Below the pieces are notes generated by a model, which was not told where the DNA came from, did no database searches, and was given only the letters and a program-made list of their open reading frames with translations. A program made the translations under genes and the position numbers. From Escherichia phage PGT2, in the sequence record NC_047890.1: a stretch of DNA of 42,686 bases; one strand, given 5' to 3'. Shown in pieces: positions 16,333 through 25,083 of the stretch (its first letter is position 1; each line of letters opens with the position of its first letter).

Positions 16333-17052
16333 ATGTTGTTAATGCTCTCTGGCGCGATTGGCGCTGGCAAAGATACCTTCGGTGAGTTCCTGTACGACTC
16401 ATTCGACAAGTTCGGCTACAGCGTGGAAGTGGTGAAGTTTGCCGACCCCATTCGTGAAGCTGCATTTAAGCTCGGATTCAATCCAGATGACCGGGCAACC
16501 AAGGAAGTCCCTGCAATACGCCATTATAAACTCTCAGAACTTGATGAGGCCATTTTTACTACTCATACCTGCCTGACACCTTACGAGCGCCGAATGGTCG
16601 CTGTACGAGTTCACCAGAGATTAATTAACATTCGCAAGGAGAAACATGATGGCATCTACAAGCCTGTCGTCAGTACGCGAGAATTTATGCAGGTCGTCGG
16701 TGGGACTGTACGAGACGCTAAAGAAGATTATTACATCCAGCACATGCTTCTCAATACACCAGAATCACGCGTTAACATCTGCACTGATACTCGGTTCATC
16801 AACGAGCAGCGAATTGGGGATTATTCGGTCTACGTTGAGCGCCCAAACAACCCGTTGGCGGTTCATACCCGCGACGCGTCGGAAGCAGCACAAGCGTTGC
16901 TCCGGGGGGCGGCGAAGAAAGTAATCCTGAACAACAGCACTCTGGATAATCTGGCTGAAGAAGCCGATTACGTGGCTACAACATTAATTTCAAAAGGGTA
17001 TTGTGATGACGCAGTTAAAGACGCAGGCGGAACTGGAATCTTTATCGAGTGA
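16333..17052 (+). CDS. P-loop deoxynucleoside monophosphate kinase-like protein
   Basis: N-terminal P-loop MLLMLSGAIGAGKDT resembles T4 dNMP kinase MKLIFLSGVKRSGKDT; strong SD tgagga. Confidence 0.6.
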   Translation: MLLMLSGAIGAGKDTFGEFLYDSFDKFGYSVEVVKFADPIREAAFKLGFNPDDRATKEVPAIRHYKLSELDEAIFTTHTCLTPYERRMVAVRVHQRLINIRKEKHDGIYKPVVSTREFMQVVGGTVRDAKEDYYIQHMLLNTPESRVNICTDTRFINEQRIGDYSVYVERPNNPLAVHTRDASEAAQALLRGAAKKVILNNSTLDNLAEEADYVATTLISKGYCDDAVKDAGGTGIFIE

Positions 17053-18976
17053 GCGCGGTCTTGCCAAGCTGATGGCCGAGTGTGAGCAGGCTGAATCAGC
17101 GGGGCGTGCATCCGGCGCGTTTTATGCCAAGCAGTTGTTAGAGCGTTTTGTTAACCGTATGGCCGAACGTATTGACCACGAGATGGCGAATCCGGGTGCT
17201 GGCCGCGCGAAAGCGCATAAGAAACTGGTCGCTGTGTTTGACTCCAAAGTCACTGCGTTTATTTCTGTATCAACCACATTGAACATGCTGATGGTCAACG
17301 AGCAGACACCGGGCACCAGCCTTAGTCGCGCCCTCGGCAATGCAATGTATAACGAACTGTTCTGTACCACATTCGACGATGCCAACCCGGACCTGTTTCA
17401 CACCATCTGCAAGGACTTGGATAAGCGCCAGAGCAAATCCAGCCGCCACCGCATGACGGTACTGAAGAATCAGGCAGCGAAGAAGGGTATCGCGTGGGAG
17501 AACTGGACCGTCACCGAAATCCTTCAGGTCGGTGAGTGGTGTCTGGATAATCTGGTGTCAGTTGGTCTGTGCGAAACGCATACCGAGGTGTCTCGCGGTA
17601 AGGCGAAGATGTACGTGGAACTGTCCGACGAGGCGCTGGGAATGATTGAGGATACCAAACGTCTGGTGTCCTTCTTCCGGCCCCAGCGCCTCCCGTTCGT
17701 AGAGAAGCCTCTGGACTGGACCGGGATTGTTGGTGGTGGCTACCATACTGCTCGTATGCAGAGTACGATGCCTCGTTGCATCAAAGCCAGCCCGACCCAG
17801 ATGGATGTACTCATAAAGCACCGTGACGACTACAAGGATACGGTGGTGGCGTGCATTAACACTCTGCAATCGGTAGAGTGGCGTATCAACAAGCGTATTC
17901 TGGAAGTGCAGCAGCAGATGTTCCGAGGCTTTGAGCCGAAGAACAAGCCTGATGCTCTGGAGTGTCATAGCAAGGACGTTGAAGAGTGGACCGAGGCAGA
18001 TAAATCTCTACACAGCCACTGGAAGAAGGAAATGGCTCGCTGGTACACAGAGCAGCGTGCAGAGCGTTATGCCGCTTCACGACATGCCTACACGTTGTCA
18101 GTGGCACGAGAGTTCGCTGACTACCCGCGTATCTGGTTCATGTACTTCGCCGACTGGCGCGGGCGTTATTACCCGGCCACCACAGGCATCTCGCCGCAGG
18201 GGACCGACATCTCTAAATCCATGCTGGAGTTCGCCAATGGCAAGCCCATCTCTGACCCAATCGCAGAACAGTTCTTCTTCCTCCTTGGTTCAACTAAATT
18301 CGGATTCGACAAAGGCTCTATATCCGAACGAGTTCAGTGGGTTCACAAGAATCACGACCTTATCTTGGCGTGTGCCGACGAACCGCTACTACATACTGAT
18401 TTCTGGTACAGAGAAGCAGATAAGAAGACCCGCTACCAATTTCTGGCATGGTGTTTTGAATATGCTGAATACACGCGGTTCCCAGCTGGATTTGTATCAC
18501 GACTTCCGGTGTCTCTTGATGGCACATGTAATGGCCTACAACACTATTCGGCGATGCTACGAGATTCGGTTGGTGCTAAGGCTACCAACCTGTTACCTGC
18601 TAACCGACCAAACGATATTTACGCGCAAGTCGCAGGCGTTGTCACCAACCTTCTTGAAAGCATGTCACCTGCCGACTTCCCGGCACTGACACGCGAATCT
18701 AAGCCTCTCAGCGTCTATGAGGTGGACTTCTTCCGTAGGGCATGGTTACACCACGGTATCAGCCGTAGCCTCGTTAAACGGTGCGTTATGACGTTACCTT
18801 ACGGGTCCAAGAAGTTCAGCATGGGTCGCTTCATCAAAGGCGACTACATGATGGACATTCACCCGGAAGAGTTCGACACCGACGACTACACCGACGCAAA
18901 GTATGTTCCCGCCAGACCAGAGTTCGGTGACCTCGATTTAGAGCAGGTCAATCACTCCGAATACTTCTTCCTGTAG
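17006..18976 (+). CDS. T7-like single-subunit RNA polymerase, apparently lacking the C-terminal ~190 aa (motif C and C-terminus)
   Basis: PLDWTGIVGGGY, DWRGRYY...PQGTD, FLAWCFEYA, LDGTCNGLQHYSAMLRD (motif A) and VMTLPYGSKKF (motif B) align with T7 RNAP; the ORF stops about 50 residues after motif B. Confidence 0.85.
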   Translation: MTQLKTQAELESLSSERGLAKLMAECEQAESAGRASGAFYAKQLLERFVNRMAERIDHEMANPGAGRAKAHKKLVAVFDSKVTAFISVSTTLNMLMVNEQTPGTSLSRALGNAMYNELFCTTFDDANPDLFHTICKDLDKRQSKSSRHRMTVLKNQAAKKGIAWENWTVTEILQVGEWCLDNLVSVGLCETHTEVSRGKAKMYVELSDEALGMIEDTKRLVSFFRPQRLPFVEKPLDWTGIVGGGYHTARMQSTMPRCIKASPTQMDVLIKHRDDYKDTVVACINTLQSVEWRINKRILEVQQQMFRGFEPKNKPDALECHSKDVEEWTEADKSLHSHWKKEMARWYTEQRAERYAASRHAYTLSVAREFADYPRIWFMYFADWRGRYYPATTGISPQGTDISKSMLEFANGKPISDPIAEQFFFLLGSTKFGFDKGSISERVQWVHKNHDLILACADEPLLHTDFWYREADKKTRYQFLAWCFEYAEYTRFPAGFVSRLPVSLDGTCNGLQHYSAMLRDSVGAKATNLLPANRPNDIYAQVAGVVTNLLESMSPADFPALTRESKPLSVYEVDFFRRAWLHHGISRSLVKRCVMTLPYGSKKFSMGRFIKGDYMMDIHPEEFDTDDYTDAKYVPARPEFGDLDLEQVNHSEYFFL

Positions 18977-19062
18977 TACCCGGCCAAGGATGGCTACCTT
19001 CCCTCTCTATTTCGTCACCTACAATAGCACACAATACCCTCAAACTGTTCTTCTTGAACACT

Positions 19063-19095
19063 AGCCTTGGCCTCTTTGGTCAGGGCTATTTTTTC
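19063..19095 (+). terminator. Rho-independent terminator downstream of the RNA polymerase ORF
   Basis: 10-bp stem agccttggcc / ggtcagggct (two G-U pairs), loop tcttt, then attttttc. Confidence 0.65.
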
Positions 19096-19139
19096 TGATT
19101 TAGGGTATTTGTTAAATATGGCTTGAAGCCTTGATATAT

Positions 19140-19169
19140 GGGGTTTCCGCACATTATTTTAATAAGGGG
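19140..19169 (+). promoter_or_regulatory. Conserved 28-bp element GGGGTTTCCGCACATTAYTTTA(A)TAAGRG; candidate phage promoter or other regulatory site
   Basis: Near-identical copies at 173-200 and 42599-42626 (inside the terminal repeats); first 17 nt identical, then 1 mismatch and 1 indel. Confidence 0.4.
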
Positions 19170-19509
19170 TCCGGAGGGTGTTAAAATGTTCCTTAAATTT
19201 TACTTTGGTTAATTTCTAAGTTAAGCGAAAGCCAACTTAGTAAGGTAAGAGATTATTACCGGATTAGTGGTCCATACCGTAGTGAGTTAGAAAGACTACA
19301 TTCCCGGATTAGTGAGTTAGAGGGTGCTCTTTCCTCCTCAGAGTCTGTACCAGAACCTGTTACAGAAATATTCAGTAGAATGAACTATGAGGTGTACGAA
19401 TACTTTGAGCGTACAGTAAGTAATACTTCTGTAGCTAGTTCTACTACTGATTTAGAAGCTGGGTTTAAATTAGGTGTCCAGCATGTTCTCGCCAAGTTGA
19501 GGAATGGGT

Positions 19510-19938
19510 ATGTCACACCGCGAAGTCTCTGATTCTGATTGGGTAGCTAGTGTTCCTAAGTTGGTTGAGGCTATTTGCAACTCACCCAGCAGGATGATAT
19601 GTGATATTGACGTAGAGGCTACTCTGGCTCATTTTATGGCCGTAGCCACTCGTGGTGGTGCGTATATTGTCAAGGAGAAGTATCTGGTCGTATTCGACCG
19701 CTACAAGCTCTGGTATGCACCTACCAAGGATATTATCGAAGAGAAGATTGTCCTGTGTATTTACCCAGAAAATCCCGGCTCAATGTTCGATGTTGTCCGA
19801 TTTCTAATTGAACAACGTGATTACCTTGAAGCGAATCACTTGGTCATAGGTGACTTCCTGCACACTAATCAGGAAAAGTATGGTCGAGTCCTAACTAAAT
19901 TAGGGTTGACCAAAATCAACTCAGTTTACGCATGTTAG
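19510..19938 (+). CDS. Hypothetical protein (143 aa) in a compositionally atypical region
   Basis: SD gagga 6 nt before ATG 19510 (ATG 19504 is too close to the SD); no recognisable motif; region is more AT-rich than neighbours. Confidence 0.5.
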   Translation: MSHREVSDSDWVASVPKLVEAICNSPSRMICDIDVEATLAHFMAVATRGGAYIVKEKYLVVFDRYKLWYAPTKDIIEEKIVLCIYPENPGSMFDVVRFLIEQRDYLEANHLVIGDFLHTNQEKYGRVLTKLGLTKINSVYAC

Positions 19939-19948
19939 GAGGTTCCCA

Positions 19949-20551
19949 ATGGGAGGCTTACTCGGTGGCGGCGATAACGGTAAATCTCAAGCAAAGGCTA
20001 CCCGTGAAGCTGCCGAACGTCAGGCACAGGCAACATTGCAGGCCGCACGGGAGCAGATAGAGGCTCAGAACCGTCAGGCGGCTGCACAGCAACAATGGTC
20101 CAGTCAACAGGCCGCGCAACAGCGTGAGTTTGAGGCCCAGCTAAATCAGACCAATCAAGAATACCAATCAACCCTACAGGCACAACAGCTTGCTCAGCAG
20201 AAAGCACTCACTGAACAGACTAACGCCATTAACAAGGCGTATCAGGACAAGATGGCTAGTCTGCAACAGCAGGCCAACGAACAGCAGCAGTTTGAGTACA
20301 CCCAGCAGCTTTTACAGTCTTCCGCAGACGCACAGCGCCAGCAGGCACTGAAGGAAGCGCAGGATGCTACTTGGATGCCGCAGGAACAGGTTGAGGTTAC
20401 TCTGGCCGCAGATAGCTCTACGTATCTGGACGAGCAACGTCGTAGACGTCCCGTGAGCAACCTATACAATGGTGCAGGCAACGTGAACACGGCTTCGGCG
20501 AATGGGCAGTCTACGAGTGGCACAGGGCTTTCTAGTGGATTGAGGATTTAA
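19949..20551 (+). CDS. Gln/Ala-rich coiled-coil protein (200 aa), probable virion or assembly protein
   Basis: Strong SD aggagg; low-complexity Q/A-rich sequence; first gene of the structural block. Confidence 0.55.
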   Translation: MGGLLGGGDNGKSQAKATREAAERQAQATLQAAREQIEAQNRQAAAQQQWSSQQAAQQREFEAQLNQTNQEYQSTLQAQQLAQQKALTEQTNAINKAYQDKMASLQQQANEQQQFEYTQQLLQSSADAQRQQALKEAQDATWMPQEQVEVTLAADSSTYLDEQRRRRPVSNLYNGAGNVNTASANGQSTSGTGLSSGLRI

Positions 20552-20552
20552 T

Positions 20553-21491
20553 ATGACCGATGATGAAGCTCGCCAACTTGCTCAATGGGGCGAGGATGAA
20601 ATTGCCCGGATACTCGGACTGAACAGAAACTCATATTTGTCGGCACAGGGTCAGTCAGTAGCGGATTGGTCCAGCCGCTGGTCTTCCGGTCTAAATGACA
20701 TTTCTGGATATTATGACCAAGGTAAGGCTAACTCCCTGTACGCATCCCTTGGTGGGACTACATCGTCCACGTACCTTAACCAGTTGTCGATGCTGGCAGA
20801 GGAATCCAACAAGCTCTACACCTTAATTAATAACCCTAACGCAGTACACTCCAAGCTCCGGGAAGAGGCCGGGAGGCAAGGCGGTGTCGCGCAGTTCTCT
20901 ATCGGTATGGGTTATCGTACTGAAGGTAACGGTGGTTACGTTTACGACCTGATGGGCAACAGATTCAACGACATAACGATGAGTCCGCTGTACAAATCCT
21001 TGTATAGCATGGTTGATAGTTTTAGCAATCAGCAGGGTAAAATCGTCAATGAGTTGAACGCACAGCAGGGCCGTGAGCAGAACTATATCAGTCAGATTAG
21101 TGGTTTATTGCAGCAGGGTACGTTAGCAAAGACCAAAGCTGAACAGGAAGCTCAGAGGAAGGCGCTTGAAGAGCAGTATGCACAGCAACAGGAAGAATTG
21201 AACAAACAGGCTGCAGAGAATGCACGTATCCTCAAGGAGAAGCAGGAAGCTCAGACCAAGATGTTCAACGAGTCCGCTAAGGTTACGGCGGAATCCAACG
21301 CAGCGACATCCCAGCTTCAACAGGCCAAATCTGCTGCCACTCAGGTAGCCAATGTAGGTTCAGCCCGTGGTGGTGAGGCAATATCCTCAACCAACGCAGC
21401 CGCTAAATCAAAGACCAGACAAACCACGCGTACTGAACGCTGGCAGTCAACCCGCTCCCCAGCCGCTGGCGGTGGCGGCATCAACGTTTAA
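20553..21491 (+). CDS. Hypothetical virion-associated protein (312 aa) with Q/E-rich coiled-coil segment
   Basis: SD gagga; coiled-coil-like segment KTKAEQEAQRKALEEQYAQQQEELNKQAAE; immediately upstream of portal. Confidence 0.55.
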   Translation: MTDDEARQLAQWGEDEIARILGLNRNSYLSAQGQSVADWSSRWSSGLNDISGYYDQGKANSLYASLGGTTSSTYLNQLSMLAEESNKLYTLINNPNAVHSKLREEAGRQGGVAQFSIGMGYRTEGNGGYVYDLMGNRFNDITMSPLYKSLYSMVDSFSNQQGKIVNELNAQQGREQNYISQISGLLQQGTLAKTKAEQEAQRKALEEQYAQQQEELNKQAAENARILKEKQEAQTKMFNESAKVTAESNAATSQLQQAKSAATQVANVGSARGGEAISSTNAAAKSKTRQTTRTERWQSTRSPAAGGGGINV

Positions 21492-21502
21492 CAGGAGCTA
21501 TC

Positions 21503-23056
21503 ATGACCAACGCAGACAACGCTGTACAATCAACCGTTACAGCGCCGTCTCGCTGGACTGAACTTGACGGGCAGAGACGTAGCCTAGTGCGTCGGTGGGA
21601 GTCGTATTCCATCTACACCATCCCCTACATCTGCCCTGATGAGAACTACCAGCAGGACACGGATGAAATGACCCACGACTTCCAAGCAGTGGGCGCACAA
21701 GCCGTGAACAGTCTCGCCAACAAAATCATGTTAGCTCTGTTCGCACCATCCAGACCATTCTTCAAACTCGACCCGGATGATGACACCAAGGAAGAGTTGA
21801 TGAAGGTTGGTATCGACCCAGACGCATTGAAAGATGTGTTCTCATCCTTGGAACTTCAGAGCGCAAAGCTGCTGGATACCAAGAATTTCCGCCCGGTAAT
21901 GTTCGAAATCATCAAGTCACTCATCGTCACTGGCAATAGCCTGATGGACTTAGGTAACGAAGTGGCATATGTCCGGGTACGTGATTTTGTAGTGAAGCGT
22001 GACTACTACGGTCGCCCATGCGAAATCATGATTAAGACCTGCCTCAAATTTGAGCAGTTGACCATGGACGTTCAGGAATCCTGCCAGCAGAAGAAGCCGC
22101 ATGGATACACCCCTGACACGAAGGTGGACGTTTACCGTTGGTACAAAGTGGATGAGACGGGTAAACGTATGAAGATGACTTACTGGATAGATGACCTCTC
22201 TCTGGAAGATGGCAAGTATCAAGGGGATTGGAAGAGGGAAGATTGTCCCGTCCGCCCACTGACTTGGTGTCTTACTGCGAATGCCGACTACGGAACTGGT
22301 CTGGTAGAGGAATACGCTGGCGACTTCGCCGCGCTATCCACGATGTCAACCTCTTTCGTTCAGGGTAGTGTTCTCGCTTCCGAGTTCCGCTGGCTCTCCA
22401 ACCCGGCTGGTATGACCCAACCGGAAGATGTCCGCGACTCAAATAACGGTGCAGTAATTCCCGGCGTCGAAGGCGACCTATCCCTTATCTCTGCTGGTCA
22501 GGGTATGGGGCAGACTCTCCAGATGATGATGAACGGGATGGACATCTACACCCGACGTATCAGTCAAGGATTCTTGATGATGTCCGGTGTTACCCGCGAT
22601 GCAGAACGTGTGACCGCCGAAGAGATTCGGATGCAGGCCAACGAACTGGAGAACTCGCTGGGTGGAGCGTATAGCCGACTGGCTATCGACATGCAGCTTC
22701 CAATTGCCAACTGGCTTCTGGATATGCAAGACCTGTCCATCAAAGGCGTCAAGATGAACGTATCCATCGTGACTGGCCTCAACGCACTGTCTCGTAATGG
22801 CGACCTTGATAATCTCAATGCTGCCGTAGGCAATATCACCGCAATGTACCAGATGCCGCCGTTGGCTATGCGACTGCTCAAAATGGATGCAGTCATCTCC
22901 GACATCATGGCAGGCCACGGCCTGTTGGCAGCCCGGTACGTCAAAACTCAAGCTGAAGTTGCTCAAGAAGAACAGCAGGCTCAACAGCAGGCTCTTGCTC
23001 AACAAGGCGCGGCAAACGTGGTAGACCAAGCCACGATGCCTCAACAACCAATGTGA
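21503..23056 (+). CDS. Portal (head-tail connector) protein
   Basis: AVGAQAVNSLANKIMLALF matches T7 gp8 AVGARGLNNLASKLMLALF; size and position fit. Confidence 0.85.
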   Translation: MTNADNAVQSTVTAPSRWTELDGQRRSLVRRWESYSIYTIPYICPDENYQQDTDEMTHDFQAVGAQAVNSLANKIMLALFAPSRPFFKLDPDDDTKEELMKVGIDPDALKDVFSSLELQSAKLLDTKNFRPVMFEIIKSLIVTGNSLMDLGNEVAYVRVRDFVVKRDYYGRPCEIMIKTCLKFEQLTMDVQESCQQKKPHGYTPDTKVDVYRWYKVDETGKRMKMTYWIDDLSLEDGKYQGDWKREDCPVRPLTWCLTANADYGTGLVEEYAGDFAALSTMSTSFVQGSVLASEFRWLSNPAGMTQPEDVRDSNNGAVIPGVEGDLSLISAGQGMGQTLQMMMNGMDIYTRRISQGFLMMSGVTRDAERVTAEEIRMQANELENSLGGAYSRLAIDMQLPIANWLLDMQDLSIKGVKMNVSIVTGLNALSRNGDLDNLNAAVGNITAMYQMPPLAMRLLKMDAVISDIMAGHGLLAARYVKTQAEVAQEEQQAQQQALAQQGAANVVDQATMPQQPM

Positions 23057-23065
23057 GGGTAATTC

Positions 23066-23986
23066 ATGACCGTATCAACTCCGTCAACTCCGGTACAACA
23101 AGCAGCAGCCCCAGCGGCTGCTCCGGCACCACAAGCTCCGGCACAGAGCGGCATCCCGTATGTTCCGCCTGCCCCTGTAGCTCCGGCTGCTCCGGTGGAA
23201 GCACCGCAAGCAACGCTTGACCCGAATCAATTCGCTAACCCGTCTCAGGCAGGCATCCCCGCCGCCTCGGTACAGCAGCCAGCACCGCAGTCTCCACCGC
23301 AGGCTCCCGTAGAGCCGCCAGCACAGCAGACGCCATCGCAGGCAGAATTAACGCTGACAGAGAAACCGCTGTACAAGCACGAGCCTACTGGCAACGTTGC
23401 TTATGATATGGCTATGAATGCCTTCGCAGCTAAGGGATTCTCCCCGGACCACCCTGCGTTCGTCCCGGCATCCAAAGGTGACTTCTCCGCACTGGAGGCG
23501 TTCGTCAAGGAGCAAGGCATCGACCCGCAATATCTGGCACTGGCTCAACAGGCGTACATCCAGATTTCTGAGCACCACAACGCCACTCATGGCGAGACTA
23601 TCAAGAAAGCATTGGAAGTCGCTGGTGGTCAGGAACGCTGGAACAAGGTGCAGGCGTGGGTGCAGGATGTTGCCAGCCCGGAAGAGATTACTTACTACAA
23701 ACAGCAGCTTGAAGCTGGTGGTGTTGCCACCCTGAAGGCTGTGGAATACCTGTCCGGCCTGTACGGACAACATGCAGAGAATGCCCCGGCCCAGCCGAGT
23801 GAATCACCTGCTACCCCGTTCAATACCAATTCGTCACCTACAATAGCAACTAACGGTGCCCCGATTTCCCCGCAAGAATTTCGGGCAGAACTGTCTCGTC
23901 TCATTGACAAGGTAGGGTACTCCGGTCTGGAAACCTCACCGGAATACAAAGCGTTGCAACAACGTCGTCAGGCGTGGCGCGGGTAA
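23066..23986 (+). CDS. Capsid assembly (scaffolding) protein with Pro/Ala/Gln-rich N-terminal region
   Basis: Located between portal and major capsid, 306 aa; assigned by synteny only. Confidence 0.6.
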   Translation: MTVSTPSTPVQQAAAPAAAPAPQAPAQSGIPYVPPAPVAPAAPVEAPQATLDPNQFANPSQAGIPAASVQQPAPQSPPQAPVEPPAQQTPSQAELTLTEKPLYKHEPTGNVAYDMAMNAFAAKGFSPDHPAFVPASKGDFSALEAFVKEQGIDPQYLALAQQAYIQISEHHNATHGETIKKALEVAGGQERWNKVQAWVQDVASPEEITYYKQQLEAGGVATLKAVEYLSGLYGQHAENAPAQPSESPATPFNTNSSPTIATNGAPISPQEFRAELSRLIDKVGYSGLETSPEYKALQQRRQAWRG

Positions 23987-24035
23987 CATACATCCCTCCC
24001 GTCCTGCCGTAATCTTTGCTTAGAAGGAAACATAA

Positions 24036-25019
24036 ATGGCCTTACCAACTTGGACTCCTACCCGTCCTAACCAACAGAACCAAGCAGGTTCTGTGAATGC
24101 TCTCATCATCGAAGAGTTCACGGGCATCGTTGAGCACACTATTAAGCGTAAGCAGGTGCTGGCCCCGTTTATCCCGATGCGTACCATTCGTGGTACTAAC
24201 ACCCTGACCAACTATGCGGTCGGCAACACCACTCTCGGCACTGTAACCACTGGTACTGAACCAGCGGAAACTTCTGGCCCGGATGTATCCCGCAACTTCT
24301 TGGTTGTGGATACTCACGTCTATGCACGTAACTCCATCGGTCTGCTGGAAACCTTCCAGAGCACCATCGACATCCGTCGTGAGATTGCAATTGAGCATGG
24401 CGAAACCATGTCCAAGTTTACTGACCAAGCCTTCTTCATTCAGGCGGTCAAAGCGGCTCGTGCTGTTCAGAGTTCTTACTCTGGTGGTACTGCTAGTAAA
24501 CCGGGTGGCTTCGGCGTGGGTAACGTCCAGACTCTGGCTGCGGCTGGTGACGAACTGGATGGCACCAAGCTGTACAAAGCAATCAGCAACCTGTTCGTGA
24601 AGATGGAACAGCAGGACGTGCAGCCGAATATGGATGGTATGGTACTTGCTCTGGTTCCGTCTGCGTTCTATGCGCTGCTGGATGCTGAGCAGATTATCAA
24701 CGGTAACTATGTTACTGCTGATGGTACCAGCGTGTCCGGTATGGTGTTTAAGGCGTTCGGTGTGCCTGTTGTTAAATCCAACAACATCCCGACCACCAAC
24801 GTCACCTCTCACCCGCTGGGTGCGAACTACACTGGCGACTTCTCCAAAGTTGTCGGCGTGGTCCTGTCTCCGAAAGCCCTGATGGCTGGTGAGACTATCC
24901 CGCTCCAGAGCGACCTGTTCTACGACAAGCTGCGTAAGACTTGGTACGTGGACTCCGAGCGTGCATTCGGTGTTGCACCGAACCGCAACGAATACGCTGG
25001 CGTTATTGAGAAAGCGTAA
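24036..25019 (+). CDS. Major capsid protein
   Basis: Synteny (after scaffold, followed by a terminator), strong RBS, 327 aa; loose similarity to remembered T7 gp10A. Confidence 0.8.
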   Translation: MALPTWTPTRPNQQNQAGSVNALIIEEFTGIVEHTIKRKQVLAPFIPMRTIRGTNTLTNYAVGNTTLGTVTTGTEPAETSGPDVSRNFLVVDTHVYARNSIGLLETFQSTIDIRREIAIEHGETMSKFTDQAFFIQAVKAARAVQSSYSGGTASKPGGFGVGNVQTLAAAGDELDGTKLYKAISNLFVKMEQQDVQPNMDGMVLALVPSAFYALLDAEQIINGNYVTADGTSVSGMVFKAFGVPVVKSNNIPTTNVTSHPLGANYTGDFSKVVGVVLSPKALMAGETIPLQSDLFYDKLRKTWYVDSERAFGVAPNRNEYAGVIEKA

Positions 25020-25026
25020 TCCAACT

Positions 25027-25059
25027 AGCCTCTACCTTAATTGGTAGGGGCTATTTTTC
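25027..25059 (+). terminator. Rho-independent terminator after the major capsid gene
   Basis: Stem agcctctacc / ggtaggggct (one G-U pair), loop ttaatt, then atttttcc. Confidence 0.65.
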
Positions 25060-25083
25060 CTAAAGTATTCAGAGGAACTTTTC

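Noticed and set aside
17931-18689. 252-aa + strand ORF in an alternative frame
   Set aside because: Nested inside the RNA polymerase gene, Ser/Arg-rich with low-complexity translation; the RNAP frame carries the conserved motifs.
19380-19529. 49-aa ORF in the AT-rich island
   Set aside because: No RBS and overlaps the better-supported start of ORF 19510; kept only as a possibility.
24990-25019. Possible capsid -1 frameshift site like T7 gene 10A/10B
   Set aside because: No slippery heptamer seen near the capsid stop, and the terminator starts 8 bp after it.
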